A DNA stretch of 64,000 bases from the NCBI RefSeq assembly GCF_044704955.1, contig NC_091984.1, positions 146,320,001 through 146,384,000 on the forward strand, written 5' to 3'. How positions within the stretch are numbered: the stretch's first letter is position 1; the number at the start of each line of letters is the position of its first letter. Origin of the DNA: Pristiophorus japonicus. Its lineage: Eukaryota. Position numbers and translations under genes: made by a program. The notes under the pieces were generated by a model. That model saw only the letters and a list, made by a program, of their open reading frames with translations. It was not told the origin of the DNA and made no database searches. Shown piece after piece: positions 1 through 12,455 of this stretch.

Positions 1-115
1 AAGAAAGCAGGAATGGGGTACTGAAGTTGCATGTTCAGCCATGAACTCATTGAATGGTGGTGCAGGCTAGAAGGGCCGAATGGCCTACTCCTGCACCTAT
101 TTTCTATGTTTCTAT

Positions 116-1635
116 GTTTCTAGAAATCCATCGATCTGCCTCTTAAATATATTCAGTGACTTGGCCTCCACAGCCTTCTGTGGTAGAGAATTCCACAGGT
201 TCACCACCCTCTGAGTGAAAACATTTCTCCTCATCTCGGTCCTAAATTTCCTGCCTCGTATCCTGAGATTGTGACCACTTATTCTAAACTTCCCAGCCCG
301 GGAAAACATCCTCCCCAGATCCAGTCTATCCAACCCAGTCAGAATTTTTTACGTTTCACTGAGATCCCCTCATTCTTCTAAACTCCAGTGACTGCAGGCC
401 CAGTCGACCCAATCTCTCCTTATACGACTGTCCTGCCATCCCAGGAATCAGTCTGGTGAACCTTCGCTGCACTCCCTCTATGGCAAGGATATCCTTTCTT
501 AGTTAAGGAGACCAAAGCTGCACATAATACTCCAGGTGCGGTCTCACCAAGGCCCTGTAGTAAGACCTCGTTGCTCAAATCTTCTTCCAATGAAGGCCAA
601 CGTACCATTTGCTTTCCTAACTGCTTGCTGCACCTGTATGTTTGCTTTCACTGACTGGTGTACAAGGACACCCAGGTCCCTCTGTACATTGACACTTCAC
701 AAACCATCACCATTTAAATAATACTTTGTCCTTATGTTTTTCCTACCAAAGTGAGTAATTTCACATTTATCCACAATATGTTACATCTGTCATGTGTTTG
801 CTCACTCACTCAACCTATCTAAGTTTCATTGCATCCTCCTCACAACTCATAATCCCATCTAATTTTGTGCTGTCAGCAAACTTGGAAATATTACATTTGG
901 TTCCTTAATTCAAATCATTTATTTATACATTGTGAATATCTGGGGCCCAAGCACTGATCCCTGTGGTACCCCACTCGTCACTGCCCGCCACCCTGAAACA
1001 CACCCATTTATTCCGACTGTTTCCTGTCAGTTAACCAATTTTCAATCCATGCCAATACATTACCCACAATCCTATGTGCTTTAATTTTGCACACTAACTT
1101 CTTATGTGGGATTTTTATCGAAAGCCTTCTGAAAATCCAAATATGCAACATCCACTGTGTTCTCCATTATCTATTCTATCAGTTAGATCCTCAAAAAACT
1201 CCAGTAGGTTCCTTTCATAAATCCACGTGACTGTCTTTAACCCCGTTGATGTTATCTAAGTGCGCCGTTATCACATCCTTTATAATAGACTCTAGCATTT
1301 TCCCTATTAATGACCGGTCTGTAGTTCCCCGTTCTCTCTCCCTCCTTTTTTAAATAGTGGGGTTACATTTGCCACCCTCCAATCTGCAGGAACTGTTCCA
1401 TAATCTATAGAATTTTGGAAGATGACAATCAATGTATCTACTATTTCCATGGCTACCTCTTTTAATACTCTGGGATGCAGATCATCAGACCCTGGGGATT
1501 TATCGGCCTTCAGGCCCATTAGTTTCTCCAGCACTATTTTCTTACTAATAATCATTTCCTTTAATTCCTCTTGTTCACTGGACCCATGGTTCACGAGCAT
1601 TTCTGGGAAGTTATTTGTATCCTCCTCCGTGAAGA
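116..1635 (-). mobile_element. Degenerate CR1-clade LINE ORF2 (RT to 3' end) fragment; a separate + strand CR1 3' tail occupies 1-115
   Basis: ORF pieces LKADKSPGSDDLHPRVLKE, WRVANVTPLFKKG, FTQRVVNLWNSLP; TTTCTATG tail repeat at about 101-120. Confidence 0.85.
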
Positions 1636-2603
1636 GATCATTTACCTCAGTGCTGTGTGTGGGAGCTTGCTGTGCACAAATTGGCTCCCGTGTTGGCCAC
1701 ATTACAACAGTGACTACACTTCAAAATGTACTTCATTGGCTGTGAAGCACTTTGGAACATCCTGAGGTGTGAAAGGTGCTATATAAATGCAGGTCTTTCT
1801 TTAATTTCTCTTTTCTTTTTGTTAACTGGGACTCACACAATTCCCCTGCTGATTAAACTTGGACCCAGCAGAAAATCCCCAGATCACGGACTAACATTCC
1901 ATAAGAACATGGGAATTAGGAGCAGGAGGAGGCCATTTGGCCCCTCGAGCCTGCTCCACCATTCAATGAGATCATGGCTGATCTTCTACCTCAACTCCAC
2001 TTTCCTGCACTGTCCCCATATCCATCGATCCCTTAATATCCAAAAATCTATCGATCTCCGGAATATACTCAAGGACTGAGCCTCCACAGCCCTCTGGGGT
2101 AGAGAATTCCACAGATTCATCACACTCTGAGTGAAGAGGTTTCTCCTCATCTCAGTCCTAAATGGCCGACCCCTTATTCTGAGACTGTGACCCCTGGTTC
2201 TAGACTTCCCAGCCAGAGGAAACATCCTCCCTGCATCTACCCTGTCAAGCCCTGTCAGAATATTGTATGTTTCAATGAGATCCCCTCTCATTCTTCGAAA
2301 CACAAGAGAATATAAGCCTAATATACTCGATCTCTCCATAGGACAATCCCCCCATCCCAGATGTCCGTCTGACGTGTCTGCGTGTTTGTCACACGTGACG
2401 GAGCAGATGTTCCACCAGCAACACAGGACGTTACCTCAGTGCCCGGCCCACTTTCCCCATCCACTTACCACATTCTTACAGGTAAACGGGCTCAGCACCT
2501 GCCCTCGGCCGGTGAAATGTCTCCCCTCTACACCACAGGCTGCCCATCATCTGCTCCCCATCTCACTCCTGAAGGCACTACCTCTGGCTGGGGCTCAGCT
2601 CCT

Positions 2604-3053
2604 CTCCCCAAGTGGGCTCACTGTCCCAGTGTGAGCCCAGAGACTGAGCTCCCCAAGTGGGCTCACTGTCCCAGTGTGAGCCCAGAGACTGAGCTCCCCA
2701 AGTGGGCTCACTGTCCCAGTGTGAGCCCAGAGACGGAGCTCCCCAAGTGGGCTCACTGTCCCAGTGTGAGCCCAGAGACTGAGCTCCCCAAGTGGGCTCA
2801 TTGTCCCAGTGTGAGCCCAGAGACTGAGCTCCCCAAGTGGGCTCATTGTCCCAGTGTGAGCCCAGAGACTGAGCTCCCCAAGTGGGCTCACTGTCCCAGT
2901 GTGAGCCCAGAGACGGAGCTCCCCAAGTGGGCTCACTGTCCCAGTGTGAGCCCAGAGACTGAGCTCCCCAAGTGGCCTCATTGTCCCAGTGTGAGCCCAG
3001 AGACTGAGCTCCCCAAGTGGGCTCATTGTCCCAGTGTGAGTCCAGAGAGTGAG
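2604..3053. repeat. 45-bp minisatellite, 10 copies (CTCCCCAAGTGGGCTCACTGTCCCAGTGTGAGCCCAGAGACTGAG)
   Basis: Read directly; LPKWAHCPSVSPETE x10 in ORF 2382-3143; each unit has the inverted repeat TGGGCTCAC...GTGAGCCCA. Confidence 0.97.
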
Positions 3054-3700
3054 CGTGTCAGGCTAATCGACCGTGAGGTGTCAGCCGTGGCTCAGTCGCT
3101 AGCATGCTCGGCTCTGAGAAAAGGAAAATTTGCATTTATATAGCGCCTTTCACGACCACCAGACATCCCAAAGTGCTTTACAGCCAATGAAGTACTTTTT
3201 GAAGTGTACTCACTGTTGTAATGTGGGAAACTCAGCAGCCAATTTGTGCACAGCAAGCTCCCACAAACAGCAATGTGCTGATGACCAAATAACCTGTTTT
3301 TGTTATGTTGATTGTGGGATAAATATTGGCCAGGACACCGGAGTTTGATTTGAACCCACAATCTCTGACTCAGAAGCGAGGGTGGTTCCAACTGAGCCAC
3401 TGGCTGATACCATTCGGCCCATCGTGTCCGTGCCAGCCGACAAAGATCTATCCAGCCTAATCCCACTTTCCAGCTCTGGGTCCGTAGCTCTGTAGGTTAC
3501 GGCACTTCAAGTGCACATCCAAGTACTTCTTAAATGTGGTGAGGGTTTCTGCCTCTACCACCCTTTCAGGTAGTGAGTTCCAGACCCTCACCACCCTCTG
3601 GGTGAAAAGGATTCTCCTCAACTACCATCTAATCGTTCTATCAATTACTTTAAATCTGTGACACCTGGTTAGTGACCCTACTGCAGAGGGAAATAGGTCT

Positions 3701-5650
3701 TGTCCGCGTCCTCCGCCAGGATCAACTGGGAAATGTTCCGCACTCCTGGTGGGTCAGTGGCAGGTGGACTCCCTGCCGGAGGAGCTCAGGCCTTTTGCCG
3801 AGAGCACGACCCATCTCCTCTATCTGGGAGTCTACCTTAGCCCTGACGAGGAAGGCTGGCCGGCGAACTGCCAGGAGCTGGAGGCCAAAGTCGCCGCTCA
3901 CCTAGGGCGCTGGACAGGACTGCTCCGAGTGCTGTCCTACAGGGGTCCAGTGCGAGTCATAAACCAGCTGGTGGCTGCTATGCTGTGGTACTGGCTGGTC
4001 ACTTTGACCCCTCCCCCTGCGTTTGTCGCCAAGATACAGAAGAAGCTGGTGGACTTCTTCTGGAACAACAGGAAACATTGGGTCTTTACTGCGGTTTTAA
4101 GTCTCCCGCTTAGGGAGGGCGGTCAGGCGTTGGTGTGCATCAGTACCCAGCATGCGACTTTCCATCTTCAGACCCTACAGAGATACCTGTACGTCGAGCC
4201 CCCTCCTACGTGGCGTGCGTTGGGGACGTATTTCTTCTGCCAGCAGTACTGCCACAATTATGACACGCAGCTCCTGTTTCTGAGCCTGGGGGGCATCAGG
4301 ACCCCCATACGGGGGCTTCCTGTCTTTTACCAGGAATTCATCAGAGTCTGGAACAGTGTCGCCACCAAGCGCAGGTCTCCCCCATCTGGAGTGGCAGCTG
4401 TCCTGCAGGAGCCGCTGCTCAGGAATCTGTACCTCCATGACCGCGGTTTTAGGTGGCAGGCAGACGAGAGTGCTGTGGCTGGCGAGGTGACCAGGGTCAG
4501 GGATCTGCTCGATGACGGAGCAGCGGGCTGGATGGTGCCAGACATGGTAGGACGTTGCCTAAACTGGGCTGACGTCCAGCGCGCGGCCAATGTCATCGAG
4601 TCGCTAAAAACAGCACTGGTCCCTGACTCCGTTAGGTGTGCCGAGGAGGCTCAAGCACGTGGGTTGATCCCCTCCGAACTGACCCCCGTCCAGACAGAAT
4701 TCCTCATCGCACCAAGCCCCGAAACCTCCTTTGGGAGCCGGCGCCTCCCAGCTTGAGCCTCCATCTGGGAAATCCCCTCCGTGCCTTTCAGTTCTGCGCG
4801 GAGGGGTTTCCTGTTCGGGCTGCTCCTGCACACTATCCACCTTTCCACCCTCGTCTGCCATCCAGACACACCATGGCATACCATCTTGTCATCCGGAGGA
4901 GGCGGGGGTCCCCAGTGGAGTACACTCTACGCGGGAGTCCTCCCTCTATTTATTGGGGACTTGGCCTGGAGGGTGTTACACGGAGCAGTGCCGTGCAATA
5001 AGTTTTTAAGTCGGTTCACGGGGTCCCAGGCCGCCTAAAATTTCTGCTGTCTGGAAGAGTCCGTGTTCCTTGTTTTTATTGGAGTGTGTGAGGTTGCAGT
5101 CCCTCTTCTGTTATTTGAAGGGGCTGCTCCTCAAATCCTGGTTGCACTTCAGTCCCATACTCCTGATCTTTGGGCACCCTGTGCGGAGAGGAGCGGGCAG
5201 GTCAGAAGGCCTCCCCGTAGGACTGCTCCTGGGCATGGCCAAGGGGGCCATCAGCCGGTCCAGGCAGCGGGCGGTCGAAGGGGTCGTTCATCCTGACTGC
5301 CTGCCTCTCTTCCGCGGTTACATCCGAGCCAGGGTATCCCTGGAGCTGGAGCACGTGGTGTCCACCGGTACGCTCGCGGCCTTCCACGAGAGGTGGGCAC
5401 CGGAGGGACTGGAGTGCATCATCACCCCCGGCAACCAAATTTTAATTTGATCATTTAATTTTATAGTTTAATTTGTTTAATTTGCCAGTTTTAGTGCCCC
5501 CCCTTTTTGGCCCAGGGGACACTTGTATAATTTGTGTGTTGGTGCCCTCAAAAAAAAAAAGGGCACTGGAAAAATGTATCTTGGTGTGTGACCCTCCCCC
5601 CGCCTCCCTTCAGGGGGCATTTGTTTAAAGTGCACAAATAAAATAGTTGT
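3701..5650 (+). mobile_element. 5'-truncated Tx1-clade LINE (ORF2 C-terminal half plus 3' UTR) inserted into a CR1 fragment
   Basis: YLGVYL, RVLSYRG..VINQLVA..LWY, GGQALV, DLAWRVLHGAVPCN motifs; frameshifted; GGGAAATAG on both flanks (TSD-like). Confidence 0.85.
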
Positions 5651-7872
5651 GGGAAATAGATCCTTCCTAACCACTCTATCTCGGCCCCTCATAATTTTAT
5701 ACACCTCAATTAAATCTCCCCTCAGCCTCCTCTGCTCCAAAGAAAATAACCCAGCCTATCCAATCTTTCATCATAACTAAAATTTTCCAGTCCTGGTAAC
5801 ATCCTTGTAAATCTCCTTTGTACTCTAGCTGTGGCCGAACTAGTATTTTAAACAGTTATAGCATAACCTCCCTGCTCTTATATTTAATGCCACGACTAAT
5901 AAAGGCAAGTGTTCCATATGCCTTCTTAGCCACCTTATCTACCTGGCCTGTTACCTTCAGGGATCTGTGGTCCTGCACTCCAAGGTCCCTTTGTTCCTCT
6001 ACACTTCTCAGGGTCCTACCATTTAATGTGTCTTCCCTTGCCTTGTTAGCCTTCCCCAAATGCATTACCTCACAGTTCTCTGGATTGAAATCCATTTGCC
6101 ACTGTTCTGCCCACCTGACCAGTCCATTGATACCTTCCTGCAGTCTACAGCTTTCTTCCTCACTATCATCTGCAAACTTCTTAATCATGTTCCCGACATT
6201 GAAGTCTAAATCATTGGTGTATATTACAAAGAGTAAGGGACTTAGTACTGAGCCCTGCGGAACCCCACTCGAAACAGCCTTCCAGTCACAAAAACACCCG
6301 TTGACCATTACACTTGGCTTCCTGCCACTGAGCCAATTTTGGATCCAACTTGCTACTTTCCCTTGGATCCCATGGGCTTTTACTTTTCTGCCACATGAGA
6401 CTTTGCCAAATGCCTTGCAAAAATCCATGTAGACTACATCAAAGGTGCAACACTCATCGACCCTCCTTGTTATCTCCGCAAAAAATTAACTCAAGTTAGT
6501 CAGGCACGACCTTCCCTTAACAATTCCATGCTGACTGTCCTTGATTAATCTGTCGCTTTCTATATGACAATTTATCCTCTCCCTCAGAATTGTTTCCAAT
6601 ATTTTTCCCACCACCGAGGTTATGCTGACTGGCCTGTAATTACTCGGTCTATCCCTTTCTCACTTTTTAAACAAAGGTACACGTTAGCAGTTCTCCAGTC
6701 CTCCGACACCACACCTGGAGCCAGAGAGGATTGGAAAATGATGGTCAGAGCCTCTGCTATTTCCTCCCTTGCTTTTCTTAACAACCTGGGATACATTTGA
6801 TCTGGGCCTGGTGATTTATCCACTTTCAAAGCTGCTAAGCCCCTCAATACTTCCTCTCTCACTATGTTTATCTTATCTCATATTTCACACTTCTCCTCCT
6901 GAATTACAATGTCTGCATCGTCCCTCTCTTCTGTGAAGACAGATGCAAAGTATTCACGAAGAACCATACCCACATCTTCCGTCTCCACACACAGGTTATC
7001 TTTTTGGTCTCCAATAGGCCCCACTCTTGCCTTGCTCTTTATGTATTTATAAAACATCTTTGGGTTTTCCTTGATATTACTTGCCAATATGTTTTCATGC
7101 CCTCTCTTTGCATTCCTAATTTCCTTTTTAATTTCACCCCTGCACTTTCTAAACTTCTCTGGGCTTTCTGCAGTATTTAGCACTGGGTATTTGACATAAA
7201 CTTCCCTTTTTTGCCTTATCCTACCCTGTATGACCTGTGCCATCCAGGGGGCTCTCGATTTGGGAGTGCCACCCTTTTCCTTTGTGGGAACATACTTGCT
7301 CTGAACCCTCACTATCTCCCCCCACTGCTCTGACACTGATTTACCTTCAAGTAGCTGTTTCCAGCCCACTTTTGCTAAATCACCTCTCAGCTTAGTAAAA
7401 TGGGCCTTTCCCCAATTGAGAACCTTTATTCCTGCTCTATCTTTGTCCTTTTCCATAACTACGCTAAATCTAACTGAATTATAATCACTAGCACCAAAAT
7501 GCTCTCCCACTGATACCCCTTCCACCTGCCCAGCTTCATTCCCTAAAACTAAGTCCAGAACCGACCCCTCCCTTGTTGGGCTTGCTATGTACTGGCTATA
7601 AAAGTTCTCCTGAATGCATTTGAAGAATTCTGCGACCTCTATACCTTTGACACTGATTCCATCCCAGTTAATGTGAGGGGAGTTGAAATCCCCGACTATT
7701 GCTGCCCGATTGTTTTTGACCTTCTCAGCAATTTGCCGACATATTTTCTCTTCTATCTCCCTCTGACTGTTTAGGGGTCTATAGTACACTCCCAGCAGTG
7801 TGATCGCCTCTTTTATGTTCATCATTTTAACCCATATGGACTCATTTGATGATCCTTCGAACATATCCTCCC
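5651..7872 (-). mobile_element. CR1 (HER1-like) LINE ORF2 endonuclease plus RT, degenerate
   Basis: ORFs 6878-7864 (GVYYRP, VGDFN, LDLVLGNE), 6620-6862 and 5856-6428 ([13 protein letters not shown]). Confidence 0.9.
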
Positions 7873-9089
7873 TCTGTCAGAGGTGCTGTCTTTCAGATGA
7901 GACGTTAAACTGAAGTCCCGTCTGCCCTCTCAGGTGGACATGAAAGATCCCATAATTACGACTGGAAGGGCAAGGGGATTCTTCCCAGTGTCCTGGCCAA
8001 TATTTATCCCACAACAAACATCGTTAAAACTGATGATCTGGTCATGATCTCATTGCAGTCTGGGAGCTTCATAGAATCAGAGAAATTTACAGCATGAAAG
8101 GAGGCCATTCAGCCCATCGTGTCCGCACCGGTCGACAAACATCTATGCAGCCTAATCCCAGCTCTTGGTCCGTAGCCCTGTGGGTTACGGCATTTCAAGT
8201 GTACATCCAAGTACTTCTTAAATGTGCTAAGGGTTTCTGCCTCTACCATCCTTTCAGGCAGTGAGTTCCAGACCCCCACCACCCTCTGGGTGATGACATT
8301 TCCCCTCAAATCCCCTCTAAATCTCCGACCAATCACTTGAGATCTATGCCCTGGTTATTGAGCCCTATGCTAAGTGAAATAGGTCTGTCTTATCCATGTT
8401 ATCTCGGGCCCTCATAATTTTATACACCTCAATAAGTTCTCCCCTCAGCCTCCTCTATTCCAAAGAAAACAACCCCAACCTATCCAATCTTTCCTCATAG
8501 CTAAAATTTTGCAGTCCAGGCAACATCCTCGTAAACCTTCCTGTGTGCAATTGGTTGTGAAGCAACTTCGAAGTCCTGAGGTTGTGAAAGGCGCTATATA
8601 AATTCAAGGCTTTCTTTCATTGAAGTGGGTGGGCCCTGATCCTGACCCTCAGCCATTGTCCGCGCACTCTGACCTTCCAGGAGGTCACGGGATCATTGGG
8701 AGCAGTGACCCTGCCTGACCCCGGTACACTGACGCTAATTGTAGCCTCACCATTGACCTCACCCCGGTGCTGGGCAGCAAGCTTTTAAATGCAATCTAGA
8801 AGCTTCGAAACCGACACCCAACATGAAGCCTTGCTGAAGTGTGTTTATACAAGTGTGCCGCAATGTTCCCGGATAAAGTTCTCCCGATCTGTGTGTGATC
8901 TGAGCTTTCTCACTGCTGAGCCTGTTTCCCCTGTATCCACCCATCTACAGTTCGAGCTTCCTGCCAGTGAACAGTGTCTTAACGGGACACTCAGTCTTTA
9001 CCGACTCTTACTGTGAACCATTTCAGTGCTGAATGTGTGCCAACCCTGCACTGCAGATGTTTATACAACGGTCCAATATGATTTTGCGT

Positions 9090-9560
9090 ATCAGCTGTGG
9101 CTCACTGCGTTGCACTCTTGCCTCGGAGTCAGAAGGTTGTGCGATCAAGTCCCACTCTACGGACTTGAGCACAAAAATCGAGGCTGACACTCCAGTGCAG
9201 TGCTGAGGGAGCGTCGCACTGTCGGAGGCGCCGTCTTTCGGATGAGATGTAAAACCGAGACCCCGTCTGCCCTCTCAGGTGGATGGAAAAGATCCCATAC
9301 CTCTATTTTGAAGAAGAGCAGGGGAGATCTCCCCGGTGTCCTGGCCAATATTTATCCCTCAACCAACATGACAAAAGAACAGATTATCAGGTCGTTACCA
9401 CATCACTGTTTGTGGGAGCTTGCTGTGCACAGATTGGCTGCTGTGTTTCCCACATTGCAACAGTGACTACACTCCAAAAGTACTTCATTGGCTGTAAAAC
9501 GCTTTGAGATGTCCGGTGGTTGTGAAAGTTGCAATATAAATGCAATATTTCCTTTTTTTT
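9090..9560 (+). mobile_element. HE1-type tRNA-derived SINE (other copies or fragments at about 1650-1800, 3115-3340, 7875-8070, 14530-14750, 19590-19890, 25245-26165, 27515-27710)
   Basis: TGGCTCA A-box-like and TCAAGTCCC B-box-like head; shared body GTCCTGGCCAATATTTATCCCTCAAC...GGGAGCTTGCTGTGC; tail ATATAAATGCAA. Confidence 0.8.
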
Positions 9561-9780
9561 TAATCACCTTAACATCAAACGCATTTATATTTAGATCAAA
9601 CTGATCAAGTGAGGCAAAGAAGATTAAGAATTAGTGTTGCTCACCTCTAATGGTTAATCACCAGCCAGGAGTTCATTAACCCAGCTCTCTGTTATCAGAT
9701 GTGAATTATCCCCACAGTGACACACACACACACACACACACTAATATACACCTATTAAACATCCTTCTCCTCCCTTTCAG

Positions 9781-10109
9781 GCCGAGGGAAGACACCACCC
9801 ACGCTGACCCTGCTGCCCCCCTCCCCGGAGGAGGTCACGACCAAGGGCACTGCCACCCTGGTGTGCCTCGCCGATCACTTCTACCCCGATGCGGTGGAGG
9901 TGGAGTGGAAGAAGGACGGGGCGACCATTTCGGCCGGGGTCCAGACCAGTGACTACCTGCGAGCTTCGGACAACACCTACAGTGTCAGCAGCCTGCTGAC
10001 CCTCTCTGGCTCCGACTGGGAGTCCAACGCCAGCTTCTCCTGCAGCCTCACCCACGAGAGCCTCTCCTCTCCCCTCAGCAAGGGCATCAGGAGAGCAGAA
10101 TGTGCGTAG
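9781..10109 (+). CDS. IGKC: Immunoglobulin light chain constant exon, kappa / type III (NS4-like), intact
   Basis: Polypyrimidine acceptor ...CTCCCTTTCAG ends at 9780, phase 1; (x)RGKTPPTLTLLPPSPEEVTTKGTATLVCLADHFYPDAVEVEWKKDG...TYSVSSLLTLSGSDWESNASFSCSLTHESLSSPLSKGIRRAECA*; C1-set Cys/Trp/Cys and penultimate interchain Cys. Confidence 0.95.
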
Positions 10110-10267
10110 TATGTCAGGGACAGTCCGCGGGGGAAACACAACTTTAAATAGAACAGGGGGTGAGCCGGGAGGGCAAAGGTCATTGTCAGCACTGCATTTC
10201 TACTCTCTTCCTTCTCGGGACTGGGTCAGGGAAAGCATCTGAGTGTCAGGGGGTAAGGCACGTTATT

Positions 10268-10411
10268 GGGGCAGTGTTGAGGGAGCTTTACTCTGTCTCT
10301 AACCCGTCCTGAACATGCCCTGGGAGTGTTTGATGGGACAGTGTAGAGGGAGCTTTACTCTGTATCTAACCCGTGCTGTACCTGCCCTGGAAGTGTTTGA
10401 TGGGACAGTGT
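10268..10411. repeat. 67-bp tandem repeat (about 2.1 copies) within the probable C-exon 3' UTR
   Basis: Units start at 10268, 10335 and 10402 (GGGACAGTGTAGAGGGAGCTTTACTCTGTATCTAACCCGTG...). Confidence 0.9.
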
Positions 10412-10606
10412 TGACTCGTGCTGCCAAGTAAAACCTCTCGAAGATGCTGAAGACTGTCAGCAGAGTAAAACTAATGTTAAACTGCAAAGTGCCGCTTCAG
10501 TTAGCAGATCTTCTCCCTGCTCACCCTGATGTTGCAATTCAAGGTTTAGTCCCCGTTTAAAGGGACAGGATTCTCACGGTGTGGAGAAAATCCCCACAAC
10601 TGTTTT

Positions 10607-10707
10607 AATAAAGCTGCATTCTCCCTGTGAATGTCTCCAGCTCGCTCTCGCTGGGCTGTTTATTCAATTCTTGTTTCTCTAAATGTGAATCTGTGAAAGG
10701 CAATAAA
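10607..10707 (+). terminator. Candidate polyadenylation signals for the light-chain transcript
   Basis: AATAAA at 10607-10612 and 10702-10707, followed by T/GT-rich sequence. Confidence 0.65.
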
Positions 10708-11769
10708 CGTGAAGAATATTCAGTCTGTGTCTGGCGAGTGCTTTGGAAATGCCCCTCCTCCCCCTCAGCTGGATTGGCTGCATTTCAGTAAGTGTCTGTC
10801 CTGATTGGCTGGGTGGGCTGTCAATCAATGGCACGTCAGCAGGAGATTTGTTTTAAAGCCAATTATCAATCATTTTAAAATGATCAATTTGACCTCGAAC
10901 CCCTGGAGTGCACAAGATTAAACACAGAGACAGTAAAAGCTGCTGGGATTAAACCCTCCCAGTCTGAGCATTGGCTCTCACTCTGCACACTGGGGGTGTT
11001 GGGGCAGCCCCGATAGTGGGATCGCACTGTGCACTTCTGCTGACTGCTGGGAGCAATCTGGGGGCAGGAGGCCAAGGTCACAACGTTGCATTCTCTCTCC
11101 TTAACGTGTGGCTCATTGCAGCAGCACAAAACTGTACCGAGTGAGGCCTCAGCTTCGGGAGAGGAGCAGTCAGTGTATCACCGTGTACATGTCCCTGAAT
11201 GTTAGTGTGGCTTACCTAGCACCGCCTGTAGGTGTGTGTGTGTGTGTGTGTGACTGTTACCCAGCACTGTTATGTCGGCCTGAGGAGTGCTCCGCGGTGA
11301 TGCGGTCTTTAAGGGACTGTGGGGGAGGAGGGGAGTGGAGGGGTGACCTGGTCGGATGATCAGGGGCTGACCTTGTGTGGAATGGTGGGGACCAGGGCGA
11401 TTGGGGGGGTGTTCTCAGGGAGTCTCACCAATACCCTGTACAGATGTAGCAGGACTTCTCTGCTTTTATACTCCATCCCCCTTACAATAAAGGGCAACAT
11501 TCCATTGGCTTTCCTGATCACTTGCTGTACCTGCATACTAACTTTTTGTGTTTCATGCACCAGGTCCCCCAGGTCCCTCTGTACTGCAGCAGTTTGCAAG
11601 TTTTCTCCTTTTAAAAAATAAATTGCTTTCCTATTCTTTCTGCCAAATGGATAGCCTCACATTTTCCCACATTATACTCCATCTGCCAACGTTTTGCCCA
11701 CTCACTGAGCCTGTCTATATCCCTTTGCTGATTTTTAGTGTCCTCCTCACAATGTGTTTTCCCAGCCAC

Positions 11770-12455
11770 CATCATAGGCAGTCCCTCGGAATCGGGGAAG
11801 ACTTGCTTCCAATCTTAAAATGAGTCGTTAGGTGACTGAACAGTCCAATACGAGAACCACAGTCCCTGCCACAGGTGGGACAGACAATCATTGAGGGTAA
11901 GGGTGGGTGGGACAGGTTTGCTGCATGTTCCTTCCGCTGCCTGCACTTGATTTCTGCATGCACCACGGCGATGAGATGCGAAGTGCTCAGCACCATCCCA
12001 GATACATTTCCTCCACTTCGGGAAGTGTTTGGCCAGGGTCTCCCAGGTGTCAGTGGGGATTTTGCACTTCATCAGGGAGGCTTTGAGGGTGTCCTTGTAA
12101 CGTTCCTCTGCCCACCTTTGGCTCGTTTGCCGTGAAAGAGTTCCGAGTAGAGCGAGTATTCAATAAGGAGTTAGATGTAGTCCTTACTACTAGGGGGATC
12201 AAGGGGTATGGCGAGAAAGCAGGAATGGGGTACTGAAGTTGCATGTTCAGCCATGAACTCATTGAATGACGGTGCAGGCTCGAAGGGCCGAATGGCCTAC
12301 TCCTGCACCTAGTTTCTATGTTTCTATGTTTGGGTGTCTTGTATCTGGCATGTGGACAATGTGGCCTGCCCATGGAGCTGATCAAGTGTGGTCAGTGCTT
12401 CAATGCTGGGGATGTTGGCCTGGTCGAGGACACTAATGTTGGTGCGTCTGTCCTC
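11770..12455 (-). mobile_element. RTE-clade LINE 3' fragment interrupted by a CR1 tail (about 12155-12330)
   Basis: CPTCGRDCGSRIGLFSH zinc motif, WETLA...KWRK; tail GAGGGACTGCCTATGATG. Confidence 0.75.

Noticed and set aside
2604-3053. CRISPR-like palindromic repeat array, and the 253-aa repeat ORF 2382-3143
   Set aside because: Head-to-tail units with no unique spacers, vertebrate context, no cas genes; the ORF is a by-product of a stop-free 45-bp unit
9090-9165. tRNA gene
   Set aside because: A/B boxes belong to a tRNA-derived SINE head; no complete cloverleaf recognised
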